Positions 22,309-32,585 of a stretch of 64,000 nucleotides of DNA are shown piece by piece (positions within the stretch are counted from its first letter, which is position 1; each line of letters begins with the position of its first letter). Made by a program: the position numbers and the translations under genes. The stretch is from an uncultured Verrucomicrobiae bacterium (GTDB lineage Bacteria > Verrucomicrobiota > Verrucomicrobiia > Chthoniobacterales > UBA10450), in contig CAVTMK010000003.1 in the NCBI GenBank assembly GCA_963735805.1, positions 449,693-513,692 on the forward strand, in the 5' to 3' direction. The notes under the pieces are model-generated. The model saw only the letters and a program-made list of their open reading frames with translations, had not been told where the DNA came from and ran no database searches.

Positions 22309-24054
22309 ATGTCGGATCAAGCTCCATCGCCGCAGATGCTGAACGTCCAGATTGACGGCGTATGGCACCAGTTCCCGAAAGGCACGCGCGTAATCGAGGC
22401 ATGCGAACAGGCTGGCATCTACGTGCCGCGCTACTGCTATCACAAGAAGCTGAGTTCGCCCGGTAATTGCCGCATGTGTCTCATCGAGATGGGGTTTCCA
22501 AGGTTCGGACCGGACCGCAAACCAGAGCTCGGCCCTGACAACAAACCAATTATCAACTGGATGCACCGACCTCAAATCTCCTGCGCGCAAGATGTCGCTG
22601 AGGGAATGGGCGTCAGGACCAATTCTCCTTTAGTGAAGGAATGCCAGCGCGGTGTGATGGAATTTCTTCTCATTAATCATCCGCTGGATTGTCCGATTTG
22701 CGATCAGGCTGGGGAATGCCGGCTGCAGGAGTTCAGCGTTGATTTTGGGAGGAGCAAATCGCGCTTTCTCGAAAACAAGGTCAAGAAGCCTAAAAACGTC
22801 GTGCTTGGCCCGCGTGTTACGCTCGATGACGAACGCTGCATTCTCTGCTCGCGCTGCATTCGCTTTTGTCAGGAAATTGCACACGAAGACGTGCTTGGGT
22901 TCGTTGATCGGGGCAGTTATACGGTGTTGACTGCACATCCCGGCAAGCGATTGGAAAATAATTATTCCCTTAACACCGTCGATATTTGTCCGGTAGGCGC
23001 GCTCACGTCCACCGATTTTCGTTTCAAGATGCGTGTCTGGTTCCTGAAGGAAACCAAGAGCATCTGCACCAGTTGCGCGACGGGCTGCAACACTGTGATC
23101 GGCACGCGAGAGGATGTGATCTATAGGCAAACCCCGCGCGAGAACGACCACGTCAACTCAAGTTGGATGTGCGATTACGGACGACTCAACTTCAAATACC
23201 TCGAAGCGGAAAACCGTTTAATCGAACCGCAGACTTATCTCCAGGGACAACTCACCCACACGGCGTGGCCTACGGCCATTTCTCAGGCGGCGCTGCAGTT
23301 AAAACAATTCGCCGGTCCGGAAACTGCCATCATTGCCTCGGGGCGCATGACGAACGAGGAGCTTTGGCTCACGGCGCAATTGGCGAAGTCGCTGGGTACG
23401 GAGTGGATCGATATCGTCCCGCGACGTGAGGCCGGCGATGACATCCTGCTTAGCGAAGACCGCAACCCGAATACAAACGGCGCGCGCCTTATTCTTGGAT
23501 CGAAATCCGAGCCAGGTGCAAACCTGCTTGCAATCGCCGACGCGGTGAAATCGGGAAAAATCAAGGCGCTACTGGTTTTGAAGGAGAACACAATGCATTT
23601 GGGCATACCGGTTGAGCAACTCGCGCAACTCCCCGTGTTAATCATGATGAATATCTTGTCGAATGAGGCGACCGAAAAAGCGACGGTCGTTTTGCCGGCG
23701 TGCGGATTTGCTGAAAAACGCGGCTCGATGGTCAATGGCAAAGGCCGATTGCAACGATTGAATCGCGCCACGCGTCCGCCTGGTAACGCGCGCGACGATT
23801 GGGAGATTTTGCGGGATTTACTCCAGGCGGTCGGCGGCGGCGATTCTATTCTCTCCATCGACGATGTTTTTCACCGAATCAGCGAGACAGTATCGCAATT
23901 TTCCGGATTGAGTTTGAACAAAATCGGCGATCTGGGAGTGCACGTTTTGCAAATTGAAGAATTGCCGGCCACTCAACCAAGCGACGAAGAAGCAATCCAA
24001 GAAGCTATTGCGATCCAGGCAAGACGCCGCGCAGAGCCACGGCGATCGCCATGA
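22309..24054 (+). CDS. nuoG: NADH-quinone oxidoreductase subunit G (short form)
   Basis: CYH...GNCRMC, NHPLDCPICDQAGEC, CILCSRC, CTSCATGC. Confidence 0.92.
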   Translation: MSDQAPSPQMLNVQIDGVWHQFPKGTRVIEACEQAGIYVPRYCYHKKLSSPGNCRMCLIEMGFPRFGPDRKPELGPDNKPIINWMHRPQISCAQDVAEGMGVRTNSPLVKECQRGVMEFLLINHPLDCPICDQAGECRLQEFSVDFGRSKSRFLENKVKKPKNVVLGPRVTLDDERCILCSRCIRFCQEIAHEDVLGFVDRGSYTVLTAHPGKRLENNYSLNTVDICPVGALTSTDFRFKMRVWFLKETKSICTSCATGCNTVIGTREDVIYRQTPRENDHVNSSWMCDYGRLNFKYLEAENRLIEPQTYLQGQLTHTAWPTAISQAALQLKQFAGPETAIIASGRMTNEELWLTAQLAKSLGTEWIDIVPRREAGDDILLSEDRNPNTNGARLILGSKSEPGANLLAIADAVKSGKIKALLVLKENTMHLGIPVEQLAQLPVLIMMNILSNEATEKATVVLPACGFAEKRGSMVNGKGRLQRLNRATRPPGNARDDWEILRDLLQAVGGGDSILSIDDVFHRISETVSQFSGLSLNKIGDLGVHVLQIEELPATQPSDEEAIQEAIAIQARRRAEPRRSP

Positions 24055-25121
24055 ATTCAGAAACCTTTTTCATCGTCATTTCGCTGCTCAAGATCGTCGG
24101 GATTCTTTTTCTAGTGATCCTGCCGATGGTTTCCTATGCGGTCTATGCCGAGCGTAAAGTTAGCGCGGCGATCCAGGACCGTCTCGGACCGAATCGCGTC
24201 GGGCCGGCCGGACTTCTTCAGCCGATTGCTGACATGTTCAAATTGCTTCTGAAAGAGGATTTTACGCCGCGCTCCGCAAATACATTTTATTACTGGCTTG
24301 CGCCATGTCTGGCGGTCATGCCGGCCATCATCACCATCGCTGTTGTCCCCTTTGGCAGCACGTTGTTTGGAGTGCCGATGGTAATTGCCGATGTGAACGT
24401 CGGCATTCTGTTCGTGTTCGCGATCGCGTCGCTTGGCGTTTACGGAATCGTCATCGGCGGTTGGGCGTCGAATTCCAAGTACCCGTTTCTCGGTGGAATT
24501 CGTTCCAGCGCGCAAATGCTTTCTTACGAGCTTTCTCTCGGTCTTGCAGTCATCCCCGTTTTTCTGCTGGTGGGCAATTTGCGTCTGACCAGTGTGGTTC
24601 GCTACCAGATTGAACACGGCTGGTTCATCGCCCCGTTCATCGGCGACTGGACGAACCCGTGGAAATGGGTGCTAACCATTCCCATGATCATTTCATTCTT
24701 CGTTTTCATGATCGCAATTTTTGCCGAGACAAATCGGTTGCCATTTGACCTTCCAGAAGCCGAACAGGAGCTCGCGGGCGGTTACAATACCGAATACAGC
24801 TCGATGAAGTTCTCGCTTTACTTCCTGGGCGAATACGCAGCCATGATTACCGGTTCAGCCGTGATGGTGACATTGTTTTTCGGCGGTTGGCATTTCCCGG
24901 GAATTCCAGACGGCTCGCACGGGTGGATCTTTGGCCTGATCAACATAGCGGTCTTCTTCGGAAAAGTCGCCATCATGATTTTTATCTTCATGTGGGTGCG
25001 CTGGACGTTGCCACGTTTTCGCTGGGACCAGCTCATGCGGCTTGGCTGGCTTTTCTTTTTCGAGATCGCCCTGGTTAACATCTTCATTGTCGCGGCAATC
25101 TTGGCTTTCATCCCATCCTAA
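24051..25121 (+). CDS. nuoH: NADH-quinone oxidoreductase subunit H
   Basis: ERK...QDRLGPN, GLLQPIAD, PFDLPEAEQEL, PRFRWDQLM. Confidence 0.97.
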   Translation: MNSETFFIVISLLKIVGILFLVILPMVSYAVYAERKVSAAIQDRLGPNRVGPAGLLQPIADMFKLLLKEDFTPRSANTFYYWLAPCLAVMPAIITIAVVPFGSTLFGVPMVIADVNVGILFVFAIASLGVYGIVIGGWASNSKYPFLGGIRSSAQMLSYELSLGLAVIPVFLLVGNLRLTSVVRYQIEHGWFIAPFIGDWTNPWKWVLTIPMIISFFVFMIAIFAETNRLPFDLPEAEQELAGGYNTEYSSMKFSLYFLGEYAAMITGSAVMVTLFFGGWHFPGIPDGSHGWIFGLINIAVFFGKVAIMIFIFMWVRWTLPRFRWDQLMRLGWLFFFEIALVNIFIVAAILAFIPS

Positions 25122-25144
25122 TCTTCGCCTTCCTCTCCCTAATC

Positions 25145-25675
25145 ATGGCCATCACCGTTTCACGACCAAAACTTAACTGGCGAGAGCGATTGTATTTGCC
25201 GGCCATCGCCGCTGGTCTGGCCATCACGTTTAAGCATTTCAAGAACCTTCTGCTGGGACGCACAAAAATCACGATGCAGTATCCCGAGCAAAAATGGGAC
25301 ACTCACCTGCCGGATTATTATCGCGGCGCGCCTGCACTCGTTCGCGATGAAGATGGCCGCGTGCGTTGCGTCGCATGCCAGCTTTGCGAATTCATTTGTC
25401 CGCCGCGAGCGATCAAAATCATTCCCGGCGAAATCCACTCCACCGATCGCTTCGCCAAAGTGGAAAAATACCCTGAAGCATTCGACATCGATATGATCCG
25501 CTGCATTTACTGCGGAATGTGCGAAGAGGTTTGCCCCGAGCAGGCGATTTTCCTGCGTAAGGATTATGCGATTACTGGTTACACACGAGCAGAGATGGTG
25601 CATCACAAGGAAAAACTGCTCGAGATTGGTGGAGTCATTCACGGTGTGGTACTGAAATGGAACGAAAAGAAATGA
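25145..25675 (+). CDS. nuoI: NADH-quinone oxidoreductase subunit I
   Basis: Two CxxCxxCxxxCP motifs; operon position. Confidence 0.95.
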   Translation: MAITVSRPKLNWRERLYLPAIAAGLAITFKHFKNLLLGRTKITMQYPEQKWDTHLPDYYRGAPALVRDEDGRVRCVACQLCEFICPPRAIKIIPGEIHSTDRFAKVEKYPEAFDIDMIRCIYCGMCEEVCPEQAIFLRKDYAITGYTRAEMVHHKEKLLEIGGVIHGVVLKWNEKK

Positions 25676-25683
25676 GCAGAATT

Positions 25684-25772
25684 GGAGTAACGGAGTGTTG
25701 TAGTGGCGGGGAGCTGGCCGGGAAAAAGAATCTATCTCTCCATAACTCCACTACTCCCCTACTCCACTACTG
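25684..25772. repeat. Inverted octamer tandem repeats (GGAGTAAC / CTACTCCA)
   Basis: GGAGTAAC GGAGTGTT ... TAACTCCA CTACTCCC CTACTCCA in the nuoI-nuoJ spacer. Confidence 0.6.
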
Positions 25773-25775
25773 CTG

Positions 25776-26279
25776 ATGTCTCCCTTCCTGTTTTGGATCT
25801 TTGCATTGCTGACAGTGATTTTTGGCGCAGCCGTCGTCATTAATCGCAATCCTGTGGCCAGCGCCCTGAGCTTGGTAGTGTCCTTTCTTGGCCTCGCAGC
25901 GCTATTCATGTCGCTCAATGCCTATTTCATAGGAATCATTCAAGTGCTGGTCTATGCCGGCGCGGTGATGGTGCTTTTTCTTTTCATCATCATGCTTCTG
26001 GATTTCCGCGCCCAAGGAGGACGCCGGATCAACTGGCTGGCTTCAGCAGGCGGATTAGCTGTCGCGTTGATCTTGTTAGGTCAGATTTTTTCTGTAGTCG
26101 CTCATTTTGAGATTGCCCACAAAGCCTTCCCGCCGCTACCAGGATCGACAATCGACGATGTTCGAAATATCGGGGCAGCACTCTTTAGGAATTACAATCT
26201 GCCGTTTCAAGTCGTGGGGGTTCTTGTCCTGGTGGCGACTATTGGTGTGGTGGTCTTGAGCAAGCGGGAACCTCGCTAG
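25776..26279 (+). CDS. nuoJ: NADH-quinone oxidoreductase subunit J
   Basis: [22 protein letters not shown]. Confidence 0.95.
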   Translation: MSPFLFWIFALLTVIFGAAVVINRNPVASALSLVVSFLGLAALFMSLNAYFIGIIQVLVYAGAVMVLFLFIIMLLDFRAQGGRRINWLASAGGLAVALILLGQIFSVVAHFEIAHKAFPPLPGSTIDDVRNIGAALFRNYNLPFQVVGVLVLVATIGVVVLSKREPR

Positions 26280-26280
26280 T

Positions 26281-26601
26281 ATGATTACACTCGGCGATTA
26301 TCTCATCGTAAGCGGCGTTCTTTTCGCCATCGGATTCGCCGGTGTGATGCTACGCCGCAATCTCATCATCATTCTCATGTCGCTCGAACTGATGTTAAAC
26401 GCAGCGAATTTGTCGCTCGTTGCTTTTTCCCGGTTCCGCGTTGGTCCGAGCGGATTGCCGGATTACAACGCACAAGTATTTGTCTTCTTCATCATCACGG
26501 TTGCGGCCGCCGAAGTTGCAGTCGGACTGGCAATTCTCGTCGCTCTCTACCGGGCGCGCCAAACAACCGACACTAAAGACATTAGCAGCCTTAAATTTTA
26601 G
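26281..26601 (+). CDS. nuoK: NADH-quinone oxidoreductase subunit K
   Basis: RRN...[16 protein letters not shown]. Confidence 0.95.
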   Translation: MITLGDYLIVSGVLFAIGFAGVMLRRNLIIILMSLELMLNAANLSLVAFSRFRVGPSGLPDYNAQVFVFFIITVAAAEVAVGLAILVALYRARQTTDTKDISSLKF

Positions 26602-26608
26602 CGATCTG

Positions 26609-28405
26609 ATGAATTCAATCTTGCCGTGGATCATCCTGCTTGGGCCGCTTATTAGCGCGGTTTTTATTACTCTCTTCACGCTCCGATGGAAAACGGTCAG
26701 CGCCTTTATCTCGGTGGCGGCGGTGCTCGTGAGTTTCGCATGCAGTTGTTTGATCTTTACGAAGTCCGGTATTGCCACAGCGGAGTTCCCCTGGATTAAT
26801 GTTAGCGGCGCTCTCAAGGTGCCGCTCGGCTTTACGCTGGATCAATTAAGCAGAACGATGCTGGTTCTGGTTTCTGGAGTCGGAGCAACGATCCATATCT
26901 ATTCGCTGGGTTACATGCGGGATGACGAAGGCAAGTCCCGTTATTTCGCCGCGCTTTCGCTCTTCATGTTCGCGATGCTCGGGATCGTTCTGGCAAACAA
27001 TTTCGTCATGCTCTTCATTTTTTGGGAGCTGGTCGGTTTTACTTCTTATATCCTGATCGGCCATTGGTTCTTTCGTGACGCGGCTGCAGATGCTGCCAAT
27101 AAGGCATTCATTACCACGCGCATCGGTGATTTCGGATTCATGATTGGGATCCTAATGGTTTGGATGGCGACCGGCTCAGTCGTTTTCGCCGAAATCGCAC
27201 CGCGCATGTCGGTCCCCGCAAGCCATCCGACATTTGTGACGGTCGCTGCGCTTTTAATCTTTTGCGGGGCAGTTGGGAAGTCAGCGCAGTTTCCGCTACA
27301 TGTTTGGTTGCCGGACGCGATGGAAGGTCCGACGCCGATTTCTGCATTGATTCACGCCGCGACGATGGTCGCCGCCGGTGTTTACATGCTGGTTCGTGTC
27401 GCGTTCGTCATCCAAGCGTCCCAGACGGCGCTTCTCATTGTAGCATGGATAGGCACTATCACCGCCGTGATGGCCGCGTTCATTGCAACACAGCAAAACG
27501 ACATCAAACGCATTCTCGCCTACTCAACGCTCTCGCAACTTGGTTACATGGTGATGGCTGTCGGCCTTGCCTCGAACGACGCGGCCATGTTTCACCTGTT
27601 TACCCACGCCTTTTTCAAGGCGCTTCTCTTCCTTGGCGCCGGCTCAGTGATCGTGATGCTTCATCACGAGCAGAATATCTGGCGGATGGGAGGGCTTTCG
27701 CGAAAACTTCCAATTACATTTACCACTTTCGCTGTTGGCGCATTGGCGTTGATCGGCTGTCCACCATTCAGCGGATTCTTCAGCAAGGACGCAATCCTCG
27801 CACTCGCTTACGAACGTAACACGCCGATTTTTATCCTGGGATTGTTCACAGCGTTTCTAACGGCCTTTTACGTTGTGCGGCTGCTGGTCATTGTCTTCTT
27901 TGGTGACAACCGCAGCGAGGTTGCACGACAAGGCAAGGAATCACCGCTCGTGATGACGGGACCACTCATTGTGCTCGCAGTTCTCGCTGCGCTGGGTGGG
28001 TTTGGATTTTTCGCGCGAAACTTTCTCACGCTTCCTATAGAAAAGGAACCTGGATTCTTCGTTCCCGCTCTTGCGTTCGGCGCACTGATCGTGGGAAGCG
28101 GACTGGCAATTGCCATTTATCGTAATCGAACCAGCGAACCAATCGATGTCGAGGTTCTGCGTCATAAGTTTTATTTCGACGAATTTTACGCCTGGCTGAT
28201 CACTTGGACACAAGGACTGCTCGCGCACATCTCGGCTTTCATCGATCGATGGATCATTGACACCGGTGCAGTCGATGGCGCTAGCCGCGGAACATGGGGA
28301 GTCGGAGCGTTGCTCCGGTTAATCCAGGTAGGGAATCTGCAAGCGTACGCGTTCCTATTCGGCTTAGGCGTGGTTGCCGTCATTTATTTCGCCGTTTTCC
28401 GCTAA
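26609..28405 (+). CDS. nuoL: NADH-quinone oxidoreductase subunit L
   Basis: GKSAQFPLHVWLPDAMEGPTPISALIHAATMV; ATG at 26609. Confidence 0.97.
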   Translation: MNSILPWIILLGPLISAVFITLFTLRWKTVSAFISVAAVLVSFACSCLIFTKSGIATAEFPWINVSGALKVPLGFTLDQLSRTMLVLVSGVGATIHIYSLGYMRDDEGKSRYFAALSLFMFAMLGIVLANNFVMLFIFWELVGFTSYILIGHWFFRDAAADAANKAFITTRIGDFGFMIGILMVWMATGSVVFAEIAPRMSVPASHPTFVTVAALLIFCGAVGKSAQFPLHVWLPDAMEGPTPISALIHAATMVAAGVYMLVRVAFVIQASQTALLIVAWIGTITAVMAAFIATQQNDIKRILAYSTLSQLGYMVMAVGLASNDAAMFHLFTHAFFKALLFLGAGSVIVMLHHEQNIWRMGGLSRKLPITFTTFAVGALALIGCPPFSGFFSKDAILALAYERNTPIFILGLFTAFLTAFYVVRLLVIVFFGDNRSEVARQGKESPLVMTGPLIVLAVLAALGGFGFFARNFLTLPIEKEPGFFVPALAFGALIVGSGLAIAIYRNRTSEPIDVEVLRHKFYFDEFYAWLITWTQGLLAHISAFIDRWIIDTGAVDGASRGTWGVGALLRLIQVGNLQAYAFLFGLGVVAVIYFAVFR

Positions 28406-30024
28406 TGGTTCTGTTTATTATTTTTTGCCCGATTGTAACGGCCATGTTGATCATGGTCGGTGCGCCTGCGCGTAAGACTGCGCTTATAGCATCGGTTTTG
28501 ACATTTGCGGCCGCGTTATTTCTCCTCGTCTCCTTTGATCGAGGCCGCGATGATTTTCATTACGTTACCTCGTTCACCATTTCTCCCGAGTGGCATTTGA
28601 GTTTCACGACGGGAATCGATGGCTTGAGTCTCGTCATGGTGCTCCTGGCCGCGATTGTCACACTGGCTGCGGTTTGGTTCGCGGACACGGTCGAGAAATA
28701 TGAAAATGCGTTCTATGCCTGTCTCCTGTTCATTTCAGGCGGCGCAATTGGCGCCTTTGCCTCAATCGATTTGTTTTTCTTTTACGCGTTTCATGAACTC
28801 GCGCTTATTCCGACCTTCTTGTTAATCGGGATCTGGGGCAGCGGAAATCGTGTCGCGGCCGCCTGGAAAATCACAATCTATCTGGCAATTGGCAGTTTCA
28901 TTTTGCTGTTGGGTTTGATTTTGCTTTATCAAAGCTTTCCTGTATCTGCGCGCAGCTTTGATATTCGCGCTCTGAAGGCTGCAGCCAACCTCGGTCAAAT
29001 TACAGGCGAGGCACAATGTCATGTTTACTTGCTGCTGCTTATTGGTTTTGGAATTCTTATCTCGCTCTTCCCCTTTCACACCTGGGCGCCGGAAGCGTAC
29101 GCTTCGGCTCCGGCGCCGGCGGCAATGCTGCATGCCGGAGTCTTGAAGAAATTTGGCTTGTACGGTTTTCTGCGCCTCGCTCTACCTCTATTACCCGAAG
29201 GGGCGCGTTACTGGACAGGTCTGCTTGTGGTCCTGCTTCTCGGAAACATCATCTACGTTGGTCTGGTCACGATCGCACAGAAGCGGCTCGACTGGATGTT
29301 GGGTTACTCGAGCGTGATGCACATGGGTTACATTTTTCTCGGTATCGCAAGTGCCACTATTCTCGCCACAACCGGCGCTTCTGTATTAATGTTTGCGCAC
29401 GGTCTTTCGATCGCGCTCCTCTTCGCGCTTGCTGGAGAATTGCGAAAGCGCACAGGCACGTTGGTGTTCGATGAACTTGGCGGCCTTGGCAAGGTGATGC
29501 CTTTTGCCAGTCTCGCTTTTGGCTTCGGCGTATTCGCTGCGATCGGCCTCCCTGGTCTGGCGAACTTTGCCGGGGAAATCATGATCTTTTTTGGCGCGTT
29601 CAAGAACGGTTGGGAGATAGAACGCTTTCATATTTTTCAAGTCGCCACGGTGCTTGCGCTTTGGGGAGTCGTCATCTCGACGGTTTATATGCTCCGGGCT
29701 TATCGCAAAACATTCATGGGCACTCTGAGCGAACGGTGGCGAGAGATTGTCGATGTTCGATTCAGTCTCCGGGTTCCAATTGCAATTCTGGTTGGCACAC
29801 TGCTTTGCTTCGGATTCTTCCCACAATCTTTTGTGCGAGTCGTAGCGCCGTCGCTCCGAAGTTACCCGTCCGTAAGTCAAACCGATCTCATAGATAGGCT
29901 GAACTGTAACCACGGCAAAGCCTGCCCGCCGTGGCGGGCGTCGCCGTGCTTCAAGGAGCAAGACCGCACCAGCGCCCCGACGCAGCGAGGCGGCTACAGT
30001 ATTCGGCAGATCGCCTACAGATGA
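28405..30024 (+). CDS. nuoM: NADH-quinone oxidoreductase subunit M (repeat-derived C-terminal tail)
   Basis: GIDGLS, FPFHTWAPEAY, YSSVMHMG, GLPGLANFAGE. Confidence 0.93.
   Translation: MVLFIIFCPIVTAMLIMVGAPARKTALIASVLTFAAALFLLVSFDRGRDDFHYVTSFTISPEWHLSFTTGIDGLSLVMVLLAAIVTLAAVWFADTVEKYENAFYACLLFISGGAIGAFASIDLFFFYAFHELALIPTFLLIGIWGSGNRVAAAWKITIYLAIGSFILLLGLILLYQSFPVSARSFDIRALKAAANLGQITGEAQCHVYLLLLIGFGILISLFPFHTWAPEAYASAPAPAAMLHAGVLKKFGLYGFLRLALPLLPEGARYWTGLLVVLLLGNIIYVGLVTIAQKRLDWMLGYSSVMHMGYIFLGIASATILATTGASVLMFAHGLSIALLFALAGELRKRTGTLVFDELGGLGKVMPFASLAFGFGVFAAIGLPGLANFAGEIMIFFGAFKNGWEIERFHIFQVATVLALWGVVISTVYMLRAYRKTFMGTLSERWREIVDVRFSLRVPIAILVGTLLCFGFFPQSFVRVVAPSLRSYPSVSQTDLIDRLNCNHGKACPPWRASPCFKEQDRTSAPTQRGGYSIRQIAYR
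29904..29999. repeat. REP-like element read in frame at the nuoM 3' end
   Basis: CTGTAACCACGGC...CGACGCAGCGAGGCGGCTACAG. Confidence 0.65.
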
Positions 30025-31451
30025 GTATGATTACCGCGCCGGAACTTGAGATCGCAGTGCTGGTGTTGGGGATGGTGATCCTCCTGGTTGAAGCGTTTGC
30101 CACCAAAATCGATAAACGCGTCTTGGCATTCGTAGCGATTGCCGGTCTCGCGTTGGTTCTCGTAGCAAGCTTCTTCGTTTCTGCCGAGGCGTCCGCGAAT
30201 CAAACGACCGGTTTCTGGAGCTTCTATACTGCGGATCGCTTGTCGATCTTCTTCAAACAATTCTCGCTGCTAACCACAATCGTAGTGCTGATAATGATGA
30301 CGGACTACGCACCGGTGCTGCGCAGCTTCTTTCCCGGTGCCGCACCACAAGCCGGCCTCGGCGAATTTTTTGCCCTCCCTATCTTTACATGTGCTGGACT
30401 GATGTACCTCGTGTCAGCAGTCGATTTCGTCTTCATCTTTGTATCGCTGGAGCTGGTGACGATTTCGTTTTACGTGCTGGTCAGTTTTACCCGGCGCAAT
30501 CCGATCACTCTCGAAGCGGGAACCAAATACTTCGTGCTCAGCGCGGTTTCGACGGCATTTTTAGTGTATGGAATCGCATGGATTTTCGGCGTAACCGGTG
30601 AGACTAACCTGCAGCGAATCACAGAGGCGATAGCGAATCCAGCTACGGACCGGAGCGCGGCCTTGTTAGGCATGGTGTTGGTTCTCGTCGCGCTCGGTTT
30701 CAAGATCGCAGCGGTACCATTCCAAATCTGGGTACCGGATGTTTATCAAGGCGCGCCAACGCCGGTAACTGCTTATCTTTCCGTGGGCTCGAAAGCGGCG
30801 GGGTTCGTCGTCCTGCTCCGAGTTCTGCAGCCGTACCTGGCGCTGCCTCAAACGCAACGCCTGATTGTCGTGATCGCATTGCTTACCTTGATCTACGGAA
30901 ATCTCGCGGCTTTGCCGCAGACGAATCTGAAACGATTGCTTGCCTACTCCAGCATCGCACACGCGGGATATTTACTTATCGGCGTGGCCTGTTTCGACGC
31001 AACGGCGATCGGCTTTTACCTCGCTGCTTACCTGCTTATGACCCTGCTGAGCTTCGCGGTTTTGATAATCGTTGCCCAACAAACCGGCGAACAGATTTCG
31101 GATTTCGATGGCCTGGCGAAACGATCACCCTTTCTCGCTTTTGCGATGTTGATTGGGATGGTCTCGCTGGCCGGGGTACCATTCACGGCAGGATTTCTAG
31201 GAAAATTTTTTATCTTCTACGCGGCGATCGCCCAGCATCAAACAGCGCTCGTAGTCGTCGGAGTGCTCACCGTGGGCTGTGGCTTCTACTATTATCTCAA
31301 GGTTGTTCGCGCAATGTACTGGCAGTCTGCTGCCAAAACCGACAAAATCTTTGTGAACGGCCTGTCCCGTTTGACCATCAGCGCATTAATTGTCGCTACG
31401 ATTTGGCTTGGCGTTTATCCGCAGCCGATTCTGAACGCGTTGAAGCGATGA
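30021..31451 (+). CDS. nuoN: NADH-quinone oxidoreductase subunit N
   Basis: EAGTKYF, GFKIAAVPFQIWVPDVYQGAPTP, KRLLAYSSIAHAGY. Confidence 0.96.
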   Translation: MSMITAPELEIAVLVLGMVILLVEAFATKIDKRVLAFVAIAGLALVLVASFFVSAEASANQTTGFWSFYTADRLSIFFKQFSLLTTIVVLIMMTDYAPVLRSFFPGAAPQAGLGEFFALPIFTCAGLMYLVSAVDFVFIFVSLELVTISFYVLVSFTRRNPITLEAGTKYFVLSAVSTAFLVYGIAWIFGVTGETNLQRITEAIANPATDRSAALLGMVLVLVALGFKIAAVPFQIWVPDVYQGAPTPVTAYLSVGSKAAGFVVLLRVLQPYLALPQTQRLIVVIALLTLIYGNLAALPQTNLKRLLAYSSIAHAGYLLIGVACFDATAIGFYLAAYLLMTLLSFAVLIIVAQQTGEQISDFDGLAKRSPFLAFAMLIGMVSLAGVPFTAGFLGKFFIFYAAIAQHQTALVVVGVLTVGCGFYYYLKVVRAMYWQSAAKTDKIFVNGLSRLTISALIVATIWLGVYPQPILNALKR

Positions 31452-31511
31452 AGCGGGATCCGCTTTAGGAATCAACACTTTACGTTGAATCGCGGTTGAG
31501 CTGAGCAGTGC

Positions 31512-32114
31512 TCAATCGCTCAACTCGACGTTCCAGTACGCGAGATCGACGAAGTGTTTCCAGATGTCGTGTTGTGGAGCGGAAAATGTGACGTGGACAA
31601 ACGGCCGCCATTTTGGTCGTTTCGGTTTTCGGATCAAACTCATGTGGGCTTCGCGCGGTAGCCGGTTCCCTTTGCGCGTATTGCAGCTGATACATGAGCA
31701 AACCACGTTCTCCCACGTGGTTGTTCCCCCGCGGTCGCGCGGCACGACATGATCCAGATTCAGATCGCTACGGTCGAAAACCTCTCCACAATACTGGCAG
31801 GTATTCTTGTCGCGCTCGAACACGTTGTGCCGGGTAAATTTCACTTCCTTCTTCGGAAGGCGATCGAACACCAGAAGCACAATCACCCGCGGGATGCGGA
31901 TCTTAAAAGAAATCGTCGTGACCGATTCGTGGTCCGGTGCGGTCGCGGACAAATCGCGCCAGCTCTCGAAATCGTGCGTCATGAAATTGTTCGCCTCATC
32001 GGACGACACAATGTGGGCGTGTCCGGCGTAAACCAGCGAGAAGGCGCGACGAGCAGAGCAGATATTCACCGCCTGCCAGAGCCGGTTGAGTACCAAAACC
32101 TGACTGTTTAGCAC
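31512..32114 (-). CDS. HNH endonuclease domain protein
   Basis: VLVLN start, RDKNTCQYCG, DHVVPRDRGG, WENVVCSCISCN. Confidence 0.88.
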   Translation of the reverse strand: MLNSQVLVLNRLWQAVNICSARRAFSLVYAGHAHIVSSDEANNFMTHDFESWRDLSATAPDHESVTTISFKIRIPRVIVLLVFDRLPKKEVKFTRHNVFERDKNTCQYCGEVFDRSDLNLDHVVPRDRGGTTTWENVVCSCISCNTRKGNRLPREAHMSLIRKPKRPKWRPFVHVTFSAPQHDIWKHFVDLAYWNVELSD

Positions 32115-32329
32115 GCTATACAAATTTCTATGAAAGCCGGGTTTTACAGACTTCAGCGTAAATTCGCGCGACGGTAACATTCGGCTTTTTCGCTGTCAAC
32201 GGGAGGGGCACCACCGAAGCTCGCGAACTTCGAGCACAGATCCATGGTAAATTGAGACTGATGTGCGGATGCGATGTATTTCCGCAAAATCAGCTTGTTG
32301 ATTTTGCATCTGCTCATAACGTCGGAAGC

Positions 32330-32530
32330 ATGGCAGGCCAAGGTTCAGCCGGTAATGTTCTCGCGGCACTTTGCAGTCTTTTTATTCCCGGTCTTGGGCA
32401 ATTGCTCCAAGGCCGGTTACTAATGGCGATTATCCAGTTTTGCCTGGCGGCGATTCTTTGGTTCTTCCTGCTGGGATGGATTATCCATCTCTGGTCCATC
32501 CTCGATGCTGCACTCTTTAAGCCGCGCTAA
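32330..32530 (+). CDS. Small membrane protein (TM2-like)
   Basis: MAGQGSAGNVLAALCSLFIPGLGQLLQGR, two hydrophobic helices. Confidence 0.7.
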   Translation: MAGQGSAGNVLAALCSLFIPGLGQLLQGRLLMAIIQFCLAAILWFFLLGWIIHLWSILDAALFKPR

Positions 32531-32585
32531 CGGTTCAACCACCAATTAACCCCCATCCGGTTAGGGTTTTTTCGTTCGCGATTAA

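Noticed and set aside
31512..32114. HNH protein as IscB/Cas9-like or homing nuclease
   Set aside because: Short standalone HNH without RuvC motifs, ncRNA or mobile context
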